Shown here: piece by piece, positions 8,626-17,256 of the stretch
How the letters are laid out: every line of letters starts with the position of its first letter
Numbering within the stretch: position 1 is the first letter of the stretch
Virus record (IMG/VR): IMGVR_UViG_3300048762_000430
Location: 1 to 48,419 of that record
Reading direction: 5' to 3' (one strand)
Origin: a virus
Lineage: Duplodnaviria; Caudoviricetes
DNA: 48,419 bases
Program-made: the position numbers and the translations under genes
The notes under the pieces: model-generated
Told to the model about the DNA's origin: nothing
The model's input: only the letters and a program-made list of their open reading frames with translations
Databases searched by the model: none

Positions 8626-11206
8626 TGTCGTCCTCCTCTTCACTGGCCGCTCCGAGCTTGGTCAGAACCGCCTCGATATCTAGCTCTCCGTTCCACCGCT
8701 TGGAGATGCTGGTCTTGGCCCGGAGGGGAACCACCCACTGCGTATACGGCGGCCGGCACATCTCCTCCACCAGCAGCGCCGCGGCCTTCTCGACCTGGTC
8801 GTCGCGCACGATGGTCACGATGCTGTCGTGGACGAGGATGGCAATCCAGCCGTCGATGCCCTCCTGCTCCCACAGCGCTTCCACCCGCAGCGCCGCCAGG
8901 CCCGTGATGTCCGAGGCGAGGCCCTGGATCACCGAGTTCACGGACTGCCGCTCAGCTTCAACGCGCGTGCCTTTCTCAACGCTGTTGATCCCCGGCAACC
9001 GGCGCAGGCGGCCGAGGGGAGACTGGACGTACCCCTGCCGGCGGCAGCAGGTGATCTGGTGGTCCATCCAGGCCGCGCCCCGCGAGTACAGAGCCTGGAT
9101 GTTCTCGAACAGGTCCTGCGCCCGGTCCATGGGGATGCCCATGCTCTTGGCGATGACCGGCGCTCCGCCGCGGTACATCGTGCCCCCGAAGGTCAGCACC
9201 TTCCCCCGCTGCCTCTCCTCATCCGTCACTTGCTCCGGCGCCTTGCCCAGCGCCATGCCCACGGTGAAGCGGTGGAAGTCGGGCTCCTCGCTGAGCGCTT
9301 TCATCAGCAGGGGGTCGCGGGACAGCTCGGCCCAGCAGCGCACCTCAATCTCCGAGTAGTCGGCGTCGACGAAGGTGTAGCCCTCGGGTGCCATGAAGAA
9401 CGGGCGCAGCGATTTCTGTATCTGTTGAAGATTCGGCCTCTTACAGGACAAACGGCCCGTTCGGGTAACCCATTGGGTAAACTCGGCATGGACCGTCCCG
9501 TCCGGCCGCACCTTCTCTCGGATCGAGTTCACGAAGTCACTGCGGGTGTCCGTCAGCTTGCCGTACAGCTTCACCAGGCGTAGGACCGCCTTGGCCTCGG
9601 CCGGCACTACCGCATGTCCCAACAGGAAGTCGACCACCGCGGCCGAGGTAGACAGCCCACCCGTATCGGTCAGGAACTCCTTGTTGTCGCGGGGGACGAA
9701 CGCGCCCAAGCGCAAGAGGGAAAACAGGAGATGCTGCTTCTGCGGAACCGACCCCAGGTTGAGGCCGAGAGGCGCGTGCTTGTCGGAGGTGAAGCGCTGG
9801 CCCGTGGTGCCGACCATCCGATTCACTTCAGCCGCGGTCTCGGCGATGAGCCGGTCGAGCGCCTCTCCCAGTTGCTCGATGCTGGCCACGTCAGCCAGGA
9901 CCCCGCGGCGCCCAATCTGCAGCAACTGGTTCATCTGGGGCCGCAGGAAGCGCACCTCCAGGGCCCGTTGGGCCGGTGTCATCTGCGTCTGGTACTTCTC
10001 GTGCAGCGCGTAAGTGTAGAAGCAGTCGAGGCAACAATACTTGCCGACCTCTGCCACCGGCGCCATGCCCAGGTGCAGCCCGGCCGACTCCGCGTAGTCG
10101 CTGAGAGTGCGCCCCTTCTCGTCTTCCCACATCCGGTCCCAGGCCGGCGCCCCGAGCAGCGCCATCGCTCGCTCCTTGAGTCCTTTGAGGCTGTTCTCGT
10201 CGGTGAGATTCGCCTCGACCAGCGTGTCGTAGGAGATAGGCAGCAGGTCCAGGTGCAGCTGCTCATAGAGGAACGACACGTCGAAGTTCACGTTCTGGAT
10301 GATCCTCTGCCCGGGCGCCGTCAGCCACGCGCGGAGCAGGTCGAGTATCTTCCAGGAGTCCTCGGCGTTCCACACGCTCACCGGGAAGTCGCCGTGGTTG
10401 AGCGCCACGTAAACCGCCTGCTGGTGGGCGGCGAAATAGATACCGACGCCGAGCAAGGTGTCCCGATAGGGGTCCGTGCCGCTCGTCTCCGTGTCGATGA
10501 CTAACTTCTCTTCGGGACCCGGAGTAAGGCCGTACAGCTTGGAAAGCGTCTCGGCGTCGGCAAAGGGGTTGCAGTGGTCAGGGTGCAGCAGCAGCCACTC
10601 CAGATCGGGCAGCGCCGGCCGCTCCCCGTCAACGTAGTACCGGTGCGCGGCGGCCAGGGTGCGCGCCAGCACCTCTCCCAGCTCGGGAGCGCGCACCGCG
10701 GCGGCTGGGTGCATCATCCAGAGGGTCATCCCGAAGTCGTGCTGCCGGAAGGTCCCCGTCCCGCTCATGACCCCACTGGCCTTGCACTTCCACAGACAGG
10801 ACCAGGCTTCGTTGCCCAGGCAGATGATGAGCCGGCGCGGGTAGGCCCCGAGGACTGCCCAGGTGTGCTCGCGGCACAGGTCGATCTGTTTCTTCTTCGG
10901 CGGGCTCTTCGGCGGCGCCGGGCACTGCACGGCGCTGGTGAACAGGAGGTCGTTCGTATCCCAGCCACCCTCGCGCAAGTATTCGAACAACACGCGGTAG
11001 GCGCTCCCCTCTTGCGGTCCCGCCCCCTCCGCCTCCTGCGCCAGCGGCGCCGGCCCTACGATGACCACGGGAGCCTCCAGCCGCCCGGAGAAGAGAACCC
11101 GCTCGGGCTGCGGTGCGGCACAGCCTGGCCGCCGCTTCGGGTCGGCGGGGTCGGCGTGCCGATGCGGGCATTGGTTGGACGTGCAGGTAGGCTGTTGCGT
11201 AGACAT
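8618..11206 (-). CDS. polA: Family A DNA polymerase with N-terminal uracil-DNA-glycosylase-like domain and 3'-5' exonuclease
   Basis: UDG-like VIVGPAP...IICLGNEA...HPAA; Exo DTET, NVNFD, YCCLD; RTGRLS, motif A DYSEIE, motif B KVLTFG, motif C VHDS. Confidence 0.95.
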   Translation of the reverse strand: MSTQQPTCTSNQCPHRHADPADPKRRPGCAAPQPERVLFSGRLEAPVVIVGPAPLAQEAEGAGPQEGSAYRVLFEYLREGGWDTNDLLFTSAVQCPAPPKSPPKKKQIDLCREHTWAVLGAYPRRLIICLGNEAWSCLWKCKASGVMSGTGTFRQHDFGMTLWMMHPAAAVRAPELGEVLARTLAAAHRYYVDGERPALPDLEWLLLHPDHCNPFADAETLSKLYGLTPGPEEKLVIDTETSGTDPYRDTLLGVGIYFAAHQQAVYVALNHGDFPVSVWNAEDSWKILDLLRAWLTAPGQRIIQNVNFDVSFLYEQLHLDLLPISYDTLVEANLTDENSLKGLKERAMALLGAPAWDRMWEDEKGRTLSDYAESAGLHLGMAPVAEVGKYCCLDCFYTYALHEKYQTQMTPAQRALEVRFLRPQMNQLLQIGRRGVLADVASIEQLGEALDRLIAETAAEVNRMVGTTGQRFTSDKHAPLGLNLGSVPQKQHLLFSLLRLGAFVPRDNKEFLTDTGGLSTSAAVVDFLLGHAVVPAEAKAVLRLVKLYGKLTDTRSDFVNSIREKVRPDGTVHAEFTQWVTRTGRLSCKRPNLQQIQKSLRPFFMAPEGYTFVDADYSEIEVRCWAELSRDPLLMKALSEEPDFHRFTVGMALGKAPEQVTDEERQRGKVLTFGGTMYRGGAPVIAKSMGIPMDRAQDLFENIQALYSRGAAWMDHQITCCRRQGYVQSPLGRLRRLPGINSVEKGTRVEAERQSVNSVIQGLASDITGLAALRVEALWEQEGIDGWIAILVHDSIVTIVRDDQVEKAAALLVEEMCRPPYTQWVVPLRAKTSISKRWNGELDIEAVLTKLGAASEEEDDNA

Positions 11207-11321
11207 TAAGATACGGTAAGTCTGGTTGCGACAGGGGAGATACCGAGGCAGTGACGAGGGCACAACTTGCAGCTACGACGGAGCTTCGATGCGGTGATGC
11301 CTTCTCTCAACTGACACTTAC

Positions 11322-11350
11322 AGTATACATGAAATACCAAGCATTGTCAA
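11322..11350 (-). promoter_or_regulatory. Sigma70/SigA promoter for the replication block
   Basis: TTGACA (11350-11345), 17 nt spacer, TATACT (11327-11322) in an AT-rich intergenic gap. Confidence 0.85.
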
Positions 11351-11362
11351 TAGTTTCTCTTC

Positions 11363-11403
11363 AAAAAGTTTCCCAGACCACTTTTATTGTGGTCTGGGAA
11401 ACT
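11363..11403 (-). terminator. Intrinsic terminator after the endolysin
   Basis: Perfect 15-bp stem AGTTTCCCAGACCAC/GTGGTCTGGGAAACT, 7-nt loop, followed by a T run on the minus strand. Confidence 0.9.
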
Positions 11404-11421
11404 CCCACAGCGGCTGGTAGC

Positions 11422-13074
11422 CTACTGCACGGGCGCCTCAGCGGAGACCGGGGTCGGCGCAGCCTGATTCGCAGCAGGCGAAGGAGCAGCAGGGAGCAGG
11501 GGCTCCGCCGGGGGCTCCGGGGCAGCCTCAGCCAGAGCCGAAGCCGGTGCCGGGGCGGGACTCGAGGCGTCCGCCTCAGCCGGTGCCGAGGCCGGTGCCG
11601 GGGCGGGACTCGGGGAGTCCGCCTCAACCGGGGCCGAGGGCGCAGGTGGAGTCGGGTCCAGAATGTCCAGTCGTCCCCCGTTGGGCAGCGCCGTATACTG
11701 GAGGGTGTACCCCAGGCCCTCGACGAGCGGCCGGAGATCAGCGCGGCCCACGTTCTGGCCGTCCCGATTCTCCTCTGACACGTTGCAGGGAAGTTCCACG
11801 CCATGGTGGAAGACGTGCAGCCCCGACTCAGCGGCGGCCTTGGCTTCCTGCGCCGCGATCTCCACCAGGTGGTTGTGCAGTTCCGAGCGCACGTCCGCCC
11901 GACTCAGCTTCATGCCCGGGCAGGTCTTGTCCGCCACGTCGCGGTGGAAGAAGACCTTGCTGGAGTCCAGGTTGAACACCTGGCAGATGACCTCCATGAC
12001 CTGCATGGCGGTCTCGTAGCTGTTGCGCGCGCTGGTGTTGGCCGGCCCGTAGGGGTCCTCGGTGTCGAAGTTGGCGACGGTCTCGATCCCGATGGCGTAG
12101 TGGTTGAACCAGAGGTTGTCCCCTCCCGAGATCGCCTTCGCCTCGGGCTCGACCTGGTCCCAGGGCCGGTCCACCGCGGCATGGCAGAAGTTATCCGCCG
12201 AGATGGGGCGCCCGGTGATGACCGTCCCATCGGGACAGGCGTAGAGGTTGGCCCCGATGTCCGACCAGCCCTTGCTCAAGTGATACTGCCGGATCGCCTC
12301 GATGGTGCTGACTCCCTGGTAGTTCTGGGAAGTGGGGTCCTCCGTGTGGTGCAGCACGATCGCCTGGATGCTGCCGTGCCCCGGCGTTTGGGATTTCAAC
12401 CAGGCCCCCAGGCTCTCCATGGTGGGGGCCAACTGCGTCAACGTAGACATACTGCTTATACCTCCTGCGGTCTTCTCGTCGTCGTCCTCGAACTCGTCCG
12501 GGAACCATTCCCTGGCGATATCCGAGAGTAGAGTTTGTGCGTCCATGCCCGTGGTGTAACGCAGGCAATCCGCGCTAATCTGATTGGCCGGGATGAGGGT
12601 GGTGCCGCCACGGGTCACCGGCACCTCCGGCTGGTAAGCGGGGTCCTCTTCCAGCCCCAGCCAGTTGCGCCACTCGGGGCGCGGGCCGTCCTGGCCGCGA
12701 TACCAGTAGCGGAAGCGCAGGGCGCAGGCGAGAAGCTGGCGACCCGGGCCAAACCAGCCCCCCGGCCGGTCTCCGCTGTCCGTGCGGTCGGCGCCGCACA
12801 GGTAGCGCAGCTTGAACTTCTCCCCGGAGCGGCCCCCGCCATAGTCGGTAGTGGAGCCGTCCCAGGCGTAGGTGATCGCCGACTGCTCCAGCTCGCACCT
12901 GGTCACGAGCAGATGCTCATGGACCCCCATGGCTTCAGCCGCAGCCCGCAGCATCGCCGGGAAGTTGGGCATGGCCTGGAGCAGCCCCGCCGCCTTGGCT
13001 TGCAGCCAACCGTCAGGCAGCGGCGCGTATTTCTCAGCCCAATGCTGAGGTAAAGTAGTCATCGGTGCACTCAC
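11422..13074 (-). CDS. Endolysin: probable lysozyme-like N-domain, Amidase_2 domain, short binding domain and Pro/Ala tail
   Basis: Amidase motifs IVLHHT, YHLSKGWSDIG, AIGIE, HRDVADKTCPG. The N-domain has ELEQS...RYT. GTGA overlap with the upstream methyltransferase. Confidence 0.88.
   Translation of the reverse strand: MSAPMTTLPQHWAEKYAPLPDGWLQAKAAGLLQAMPNFPAMLRAAAEAMGVHEHLLVTRCELEQSAITYAWDGSTTDYGGGRSGEKFKLRYLCGADRTDSGDRPGGWFGPGRQLLACALRFRYWYRGQDGPRPEWRNWLGLEEDPAYQPEVPVTRGGTTLIPANQISADCLRYTTGMDAQTLLSDIAREWFPDEFEDDDEKTAGGISSMSTLTQLAPTMESLGAWLKSQTPGHGSIQAIVLHHTEDPTSQNYQGVSTIEAIRQYHLSKGWSDIGANLYACPDGTVITGRPISADNFCHAAVDRPWDQVEPEAKAISGGDNLWFNHYAIGIETVANFDTEDPYGPANTSARNSYETAMQVMEVICQVFNLDSSKVFFHRDVADKTCPGMKLSRADVRSELHNHLVEIAAQEAKAAAESGLHVFHHGVELPCNVSEENRDGQNVGRADLRPLVEGLGYTLQYTALPNGGRLDILDPTPPAPSAPVEADSPSPAPAPASAPAEADASSPAPAPASALAEAAPEPPAEPLLPAAPSPAANQAAPTPVSAEAPVQ
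11525..11640. repeat. 48-bp imperfect tandem repeat (about 2.4 copies) encoding the Pro/Ala tail
   Basis: GCCGGTGCCGGGGCGGGACTCG at 11543 and 11591; peptide unit EADxxSPAPAPASAxA. Confidence 0.8.
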
Positions 13075-13910
13075 GGTCGCACCACCTCCGGCTTCCTGAA
13101 CTGCAGACATGTATGGTGGTGCACGTTCGAAACCCAGGCCGATCCCAGTGCGAAGGGAAAGAGGGTCACGTTGTCCTGGCACCAGATGCGCTCGTCCTTC
13201 AGATCCAGGTACTTGCCCACCATCCTTGCCAGGTCCCAGGCCAACGGGTACATCGTGCCGCCCTTCTTCAGGTTCTTGGCGATGATCGTCATGTAGGCGC
13301 CGGGGCGCAGCACCTCGGCTACCTGCCGGTAGACCCGGTCCAGGGCTTCCAGGAACATCTCGTAGTCATCGATGTTGCCCAGGTCGTCGGGATCGTCGCT
13401 GTAGTACATGTCCCAGTCTTTGCGGCGTTCCCGGTCCTTGCGCTCGGCGTTGACGGCCGCTCGGCGCAGCATGTCCCAGTAGGGCGGCGAGGTCAACACG
13501 TAGTCCACCGGGACCCCCACGCCGGCGCCCTCCAGCAGGGACGGCGTATACTGCGCGTCCCCCACGATCACGGTCCCCTGGTCTGGGTTGCCGGCCTCGT
13601 ACTCCTGGGCCAACTGCGCCTCGGCGATCTCCGCGTACTTCTCCAGCAGCTCGATCCCCACCCCCTTCCGGCCACTGCGTACCGCCGCGAGCACGGCCGA
13701 GCCGGTCCCACACATGGGGTCCAGCACTGTCTGCCCGGCCTTTGTGAAAAACTCGATAAACTGCTGGCACAGGGTCTCGGGGAACTTGGCCGGATGCACC
13801 AGCACCGAGCCGCGACGCGGCGGCGGATTACAGATGAACCAGCTCTTAGTGAACTTCATGTACGGGGCGCTCCCCAGGTCGTTGAGCTTGTTGTGCTTGA
13901 TCTCTCCCAT
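13071..13910 (-). CDS. DNA amino-methyltransferase, SAM motif before catalytic motif (likely N4-C)
   Basis: HPAKFP, VLDPMCGTGS, then LTSPPYW. ATG 13910 with AGGAG upstream. Confidence 0.9.
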   Translation of the reverse strand: MGEIKHNKLNDLGSAPYMKFTKSWFICNPPPRRGSVLVHPAKFPETLCQQFIEFFTKAGQTVLDPMCGTGSAVLAAVRSGRKGVGIELLEKYAEIAEAQLAQEYEAGNPDQGTVIVGDAQYTPSLLEGAGVGVPVDYVLTSPPYWDMLRRAAVNAERKDRERRKDWDMYYSDDPDDLGNIDDYEMFLEALDRVYRQVAEVLRPGAYMTIIAKNLKKGGTMYPLAWDLARMVGKYLDLKDERIWCQDNVTLFPFALGSAWVSNVHHHTCLQFRKPEVVRP

Positions 13911-13918
13911 GGTCTCCT

Positions 13919-14440
13919 CTACAAAGCCTCCACGATGGGGCCATGGAGGCACACGTCCAGCAGCGGCCTCAGGTCCCATGCCTTTTGCTTTTGTATCTTG
14001 CCCTCGCCGGTCTCTATCTCCAGAGACACGCGCGGCAAGGCAATGGCGTGCTCCTGGCACCACTTGAGAGGGATCGACTTGCGGCCCAGGTCGCGCAGCA
14101 TCCCGATAGCGTCCGATATCCCCACCGCGAAGGCCAGGTTGATTCGCGGATAGTCGCGGAAGTTGATCAGCAGATACGCCCGGTGCCCCAGCCTCTCCGC
14201 CATCAGGAGCGCCTCGATCTGGTGCGGCTTGATGTTGCGCTCGGGGAGAGCCGACTTCACGGTGCTCTTGGCCTCGGCCAGCAGGGCCACCCCGCTGGGC
14301 AGGAGAGCCAGGTAGTCGGCCGGCCGCTTCGCTCCCACGCCCCCCGCCGGGTCCTCCACGCGGGAGTAGTGCCACTCCAGGTAGTAATCCCATGATCTGT
14401 TCAGTTCCCGCTGGAAGGCCTCCCCTCGGTGCCGCGCCAT
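13919..14440 (-). CDS. recU: Holliday junction resolvase RecU
   Basis: RGEAFQ...ADY...EAKST...IKPHQ...LLINF. ATG 14440 with GAGG upstream. Confidence 0.85.
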   Translation of the reverse strand: MARHRGEAFQRELNRSWDYYLEWHYSRVEDPAGGVGAKRPADYLALLPSGVALLAEAKSTVKSALPERNIKPHQIEALLMAERLGHRAYLLINFRDYPRINLAFAVGISDAIGMLRDLGRKSIPLKWCQEHAIALPRVSLEIETGEGKIQKQKAWDLRPLLDVCLHGPIVEAL

Positions 14441-14503
14441 CGTGCCGACCTCTATGTTTTGGGCCCAGCCCCCGATCCGCTCCCCGTCCGCTCGGGTCCC
14501 CAT

Positions 14504-15022
14504 CTACTTCTCTCCCCGCAACCGAGCGCCCGTCAGCGTCCCCCCTTCCTGGCGGAGAGCCGCGTCCAGGTCATCCAACCTGAGCCACTGCCCGTATAAC
14601 CGAAACTCGATCACACTGTCCCGACAACGCGCGGGGATACGATAACCGGGCCGCTCCAGGTGCAAGTGCACCGCCGACCACTCCCCGCCATGCCAGCACT
14701 TGCAGCCTCCCGCCTTCTCCTCGCGCAGCACCACGTAGGTGGCGTCCAGGGGCAGCAGGGCCACAAACTCCTCGATCTGCTCCTGCCCCTTGGCGCTACA
14801 GTACCCGCGCGCCTCCACGTAGTTACTGGTCCCCACCTCCTGCCAATCGGGGATGTAACACTCTCCGCCCGCCAGCAGGTAACATCCCGGCTCATACAGC
14901 ACCGCCAGACCCAGCCGGTCCAGCAGTTGAGCCACCCGCGCCTCCAGCCGGCTGCGATACAGCCTACCGGCGTAAGTGGTGGCTATGGCTCCTGGTTGTC
15001 TAGTCCTTCTCTGCGAGCGCAT
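14504..15022 (-). CDS. PD-(D/E)xK endonuclease-like protein
   Basis: YRSRLEARVA...YEP...YIPDW...VEARG (Arg at the usual Lys position). Start uncertain. Confidence 0.72.
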   Translation of the reverse strand: MRSQRRTRQPGAIATTYAGRLYRSRLEARVAQLLDRLGLAVLYEPGCYLLAGGECYIPDWQEVGTSNYVEARGYCSAKGQEQIEEFVALLPLDATYVVLREEKAGGCKCWHGGEWSAVHLHLERPGYRIPARCRDSVIEFRLYGQWLRLDDLDAALRQEGGTLTGARLRGEK

Positions 15023-15536
15023 CTAGCTTAGTCTCCATCCGATCTACCCCGGACTTCACCGCTTCCAAGGCCTCGATGGTATGCTGGTGGATCAGCTCGC
15101 AGGACTCCCTCGGGACAAACTCGTCCCGCAGATGGTCAGCAGCACTGTCCTTGCGCAGGTACGTCCGGTCCAACTCCTGAGGCGTCTGGTGAATGCTGCG
15201 ATTGGCGATGTGGCTCCGCATCGCCATGAGCGCCACCGCGGCGCCTCCCGCGGCGCACAGGATATTCCCGAAGGTCTGCCATACGTTCGAGCCGCTGGAA
15301 GCCACGACGGCGCCCCCGTTGCCCGCCGCCGCCTCGCCCGCCAGGAACAGGGCAACGAAGACAATGCCCACCACCAGTATGCGGCCACCCCGCGATCCCA
15401 CGATTCTCTGCAACATGGCTCGTACCCCTACGCTTCTCGCTTCTACTGGTTCACGTAGTCGGGGAGGCAGGCTGCCTCCAGCGCCGGCACCGTGAAGATC
15501 GCACCCCGGCAGTCCGTACGTTGTGTAATCAGACAC
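15000..15536 (-). CDS. Membrane protein with C-terminal coiled coil (possibly lysis-associated)
   Basis: Two hydrophobic segments and a ...VDRMETKLD tail; the start may be ATG 15416. Confidence 0.55.
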   Translation of the reverse strand: MSDYTTYGLPGCDLHGAGAGGSLPPRLREPVEARSVGVRAMLQRIVGSRGGRILVVGIVFVALFLAGEAAAGNGGAVVASSGSNVWQTFGNILCAAGGAAVALMAMRSHIANRSIHQTPQELDRTYLRKDSAADHLRDEFVPRESCELIHQHTIEALEAVKSGVDRMETKLDALAEKD

Positions 15537-15618
15537 GATCCCAACCTCCAGGGCCTGCCGGCCGTGATTACCCTCTCCTTTCTAGCTATCGCCTTCAGCA
15601 TTGCCACATCTGCTCTCG

Positions 15619-15661
15619 AAAGGCCGTCCGGGCCGGGAACCGTGCCTGGTCCCGGACGGCC
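15619..15661 (-). terminator. GC-rich hairpin, possible weak terminator
   Basis: 11-bp stem GGCCGTCCGGG/CCCGGACGGCC followed by only TTT on the minus strand, just after the stop at 15680. Confidence 0.55.
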
Positions 15662-15679
15662 GTGGTTCCCCCGCCTACT

Positions 15680-16042
15680 CTACGTGGAGCCCTGCGCCTC
15701 GACCGCCGCCTCGGGCGCCGTCACCGGGGCAGGAGCCTCCCCGGCCGAAGCGGCCGGCACCGGGGGCGCGCTTGCCTCCTCGATCTCGACGCTGGCCGGG
15801 GGACCCGCCACGATGGACAGGTCCGCCTCCGCCACAATGCCCCCGACCGTCGCCGTCAGCTTATCCGTCTCGATCGCGGCCGGCGCCGTGAAGACACCGT
15901 TGCCATCCACGGTGCCCGCACCCGACTCCACCGCCCACTGCACCGTATACTGATCCGGGGGGATGACCACCCCCGCCGCATCCCGCACGACCACCACAAA
16001 CGTCTTCTGACTCCCCGCTTGTACGCTGTCCTGAAACGCCAT
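15680..16042 (-). CDS. Small Ig-like domain protein with Pro/Ala tail
   Basis: VQWAVESGAGTVDGNGVFTAP...LTATVGG bacterial Ig-like pattern. Confidence 0.68.
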   Translation of the reverse strand: MAFQDSVQAGSQKTFVVVVRDAAGVVIPPDQYTVQWAVESGAGTVDGNGVFTAPAAIETDKLTATVGGIVAEADLSIVAGPPASVEIEEASAPPVPAASAGEAPAPVTAPEAAVEAQGST

Positions 16043-16108
16043 GAGAACCACCTTGCTCCATAGAATGCGGCCGGATTACCGGCCTGGTTTAGCAACTCGA
16101 ACCCTTCG

Positions 16109-16534
16109 TTACGCTGGCTGTGCCGCGCCGGGCGACGCCTCCTGGATACTAACCGAAGCCGGCGTCGGGGCCGGAGGCGGCGTCGGCGAGAGCCGATCCG
16201 CGATGGCGCTCAGGTCCGCGTTCCACACCGACACCGCCTTCTCGATGAGCGGGACAGCCCAGCCCAGCCCCATGCTGGTCAACTGCTGCTCAGCCGCCGC
16301 CCGCTTGTCCGCACCGGTCCAGACCTTGGCGCTCTGAGCCGCCATGGCCTCCACCTCGAAGACCACGCTCTCCACGGCCTTCTCCGCCCAGTCCCACTTG
16401 ATCTTCGTCACCAGGTTGTTGAGGGTCACGCCCGCCAGCCGCAGCACATTCAGGCCCAGGCCCGAGCCGACCACGACCGCCGCCGCCTCTACCGCTGCTT
16501 TCAGATGAGTCCAGTCAATTGTCATTTGCGACAT
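16109..16534 (-). CDS. Probable holin (LL-H-like)
   Basis: N-terminal hydrophobic segment, then V..VE...GADKRAAA...LIEKAV pattern; lysis context. Confidence 0.62.
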   Translation of the reverse strand: MSQMTIDWTHLKAAVEAAAVVVGSGLGLNVLRLAGVTLNNLVTKIKWDWAEKAVESVVFEVEAMAAQSAKVWTGADKRAAAEQQLTSMGLGWAVPLIEKAVSVWNADLSAIADRLSPTPPPAPTPASVSIQEASPGAAQPA

Positions 16535-16727
16535 CTTCCTCCACGAGATCCAGCAGGTGCTCCAATCCCGAGTCCCAGATTGTCTCCAGCACTTCGCGGT
16601 CCACTCGGGGGTAGGTGGCTGCCAGATGTGTTATGACTTCTGCTCGGTGTGAGAGCAGTTCGTCTTTGCAGTCATCGAGGTCGCCCTGGTTGAGCGCCTC
16701 CCGAATCAGTCTTTCCAGTTGGCTCAT
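16515..16727 (-). CDS. Hypothetical acidic protein (70 aa)
   Basis: GGAGG upstream; fills the gap between neighbours. Confidence 0.6.
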   Translation of the reverse strand: MSQLERLIREALNQGDLDDCKDELLSHRAEVITHLAATYPRVDREVLETIWDSGLEHLLDLVEEDVANDN

Positions 16728-16748
16728 GAGTCTGTGTTGCCTCCGTCG

Positions 16749-17237
16749 CTACCCGCCCTGCACCGGCAGGATGCAGTAAACTCCGCTGGGGCCGTTCGGG
16801 TGATCGGCCAAGAGCTCATCAAACGTCGAGCGCTTGATGCCCGGCGCGTTGGGGGTCCCGCGCCACTCCGCGGCGTCCTCCGCCACCAGACCGTTCCCCA
16901 GGACCACGACCACATGCCCCTCGCTGGTGTCCTCCAGGTTGAAGAACATCAGCGCCCCGCGCGGGTAGGAGTCCATCTGTCCGACCAGGTTCGTGAAGCC
17001 CCGGTCCCGCAGCTTCTGCTCGGTCTCGCGCGCGGTCCCTCCGGCCCAGGAGGGTTCCATGTCCCCCGTGACCAGGCCGCAGTTGATCCGCGCGTACTCC
17101 TCGCAGCGGTTGGTCATCGCCTCCCGCAGCGTCACGCTCTGCCCGCTGGGGCCGGTGAGGGTCGCCAGCTCGTTGCCGCCAATCCGGGCCTCTACAAACT
17201 GCTCCGCCATATCTCCGATCTGAGAAAGTTGTGCCAT
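16749..17237 (-). CDS. NlpC/P60-CHAP-like cysteine peptidase (cell-wall hydrolase)
   Basis: NRCEEYAR (catalytic Cys) and GALMFF...GHVVVVLGNG (His). ATG 17237 with GGAGG upstream. Confidence 0.75.
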   Translation of the reverse strand: MAQLSQIGDMAEQFVEARIGGNELATLTGPSGQSVTLREAMTNRCEEYARINCGLVTGDMEPSWAGGTARETEQKLRDRGFTNLVGQMDSYPRGALMFFNLEDTSEGHVVVVLGNGLVAEDAAEWRGTPNAPGIKRSTFDELLADHPNGPSGVYCILPVQGG

Positions 17238-17256
17238 GCCTATTCCTCCGGTACAG

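Noticed and set aside
14441-14503. Longer RecU start at the TAG-ATG junction (14503)
   Set aside because: ATG 14440 has a well-spaced GAGG and matches the normal RecU N-terminus.
13071-15022. Nuclease plus methyltransferase as a restriction-modification pair
   Set aside because: The adjacent nuclease is RecU-like and the other is a small generic phage PD-(D/E)xK protein; nothing supports a cognate pair.
16523-16534. Holin dual-start motif (Met-Ser-Gln-Met)
   Set aside because: No basic residue between the two Mets, unlike lambda S107/S105; may be simple start ambiguity.
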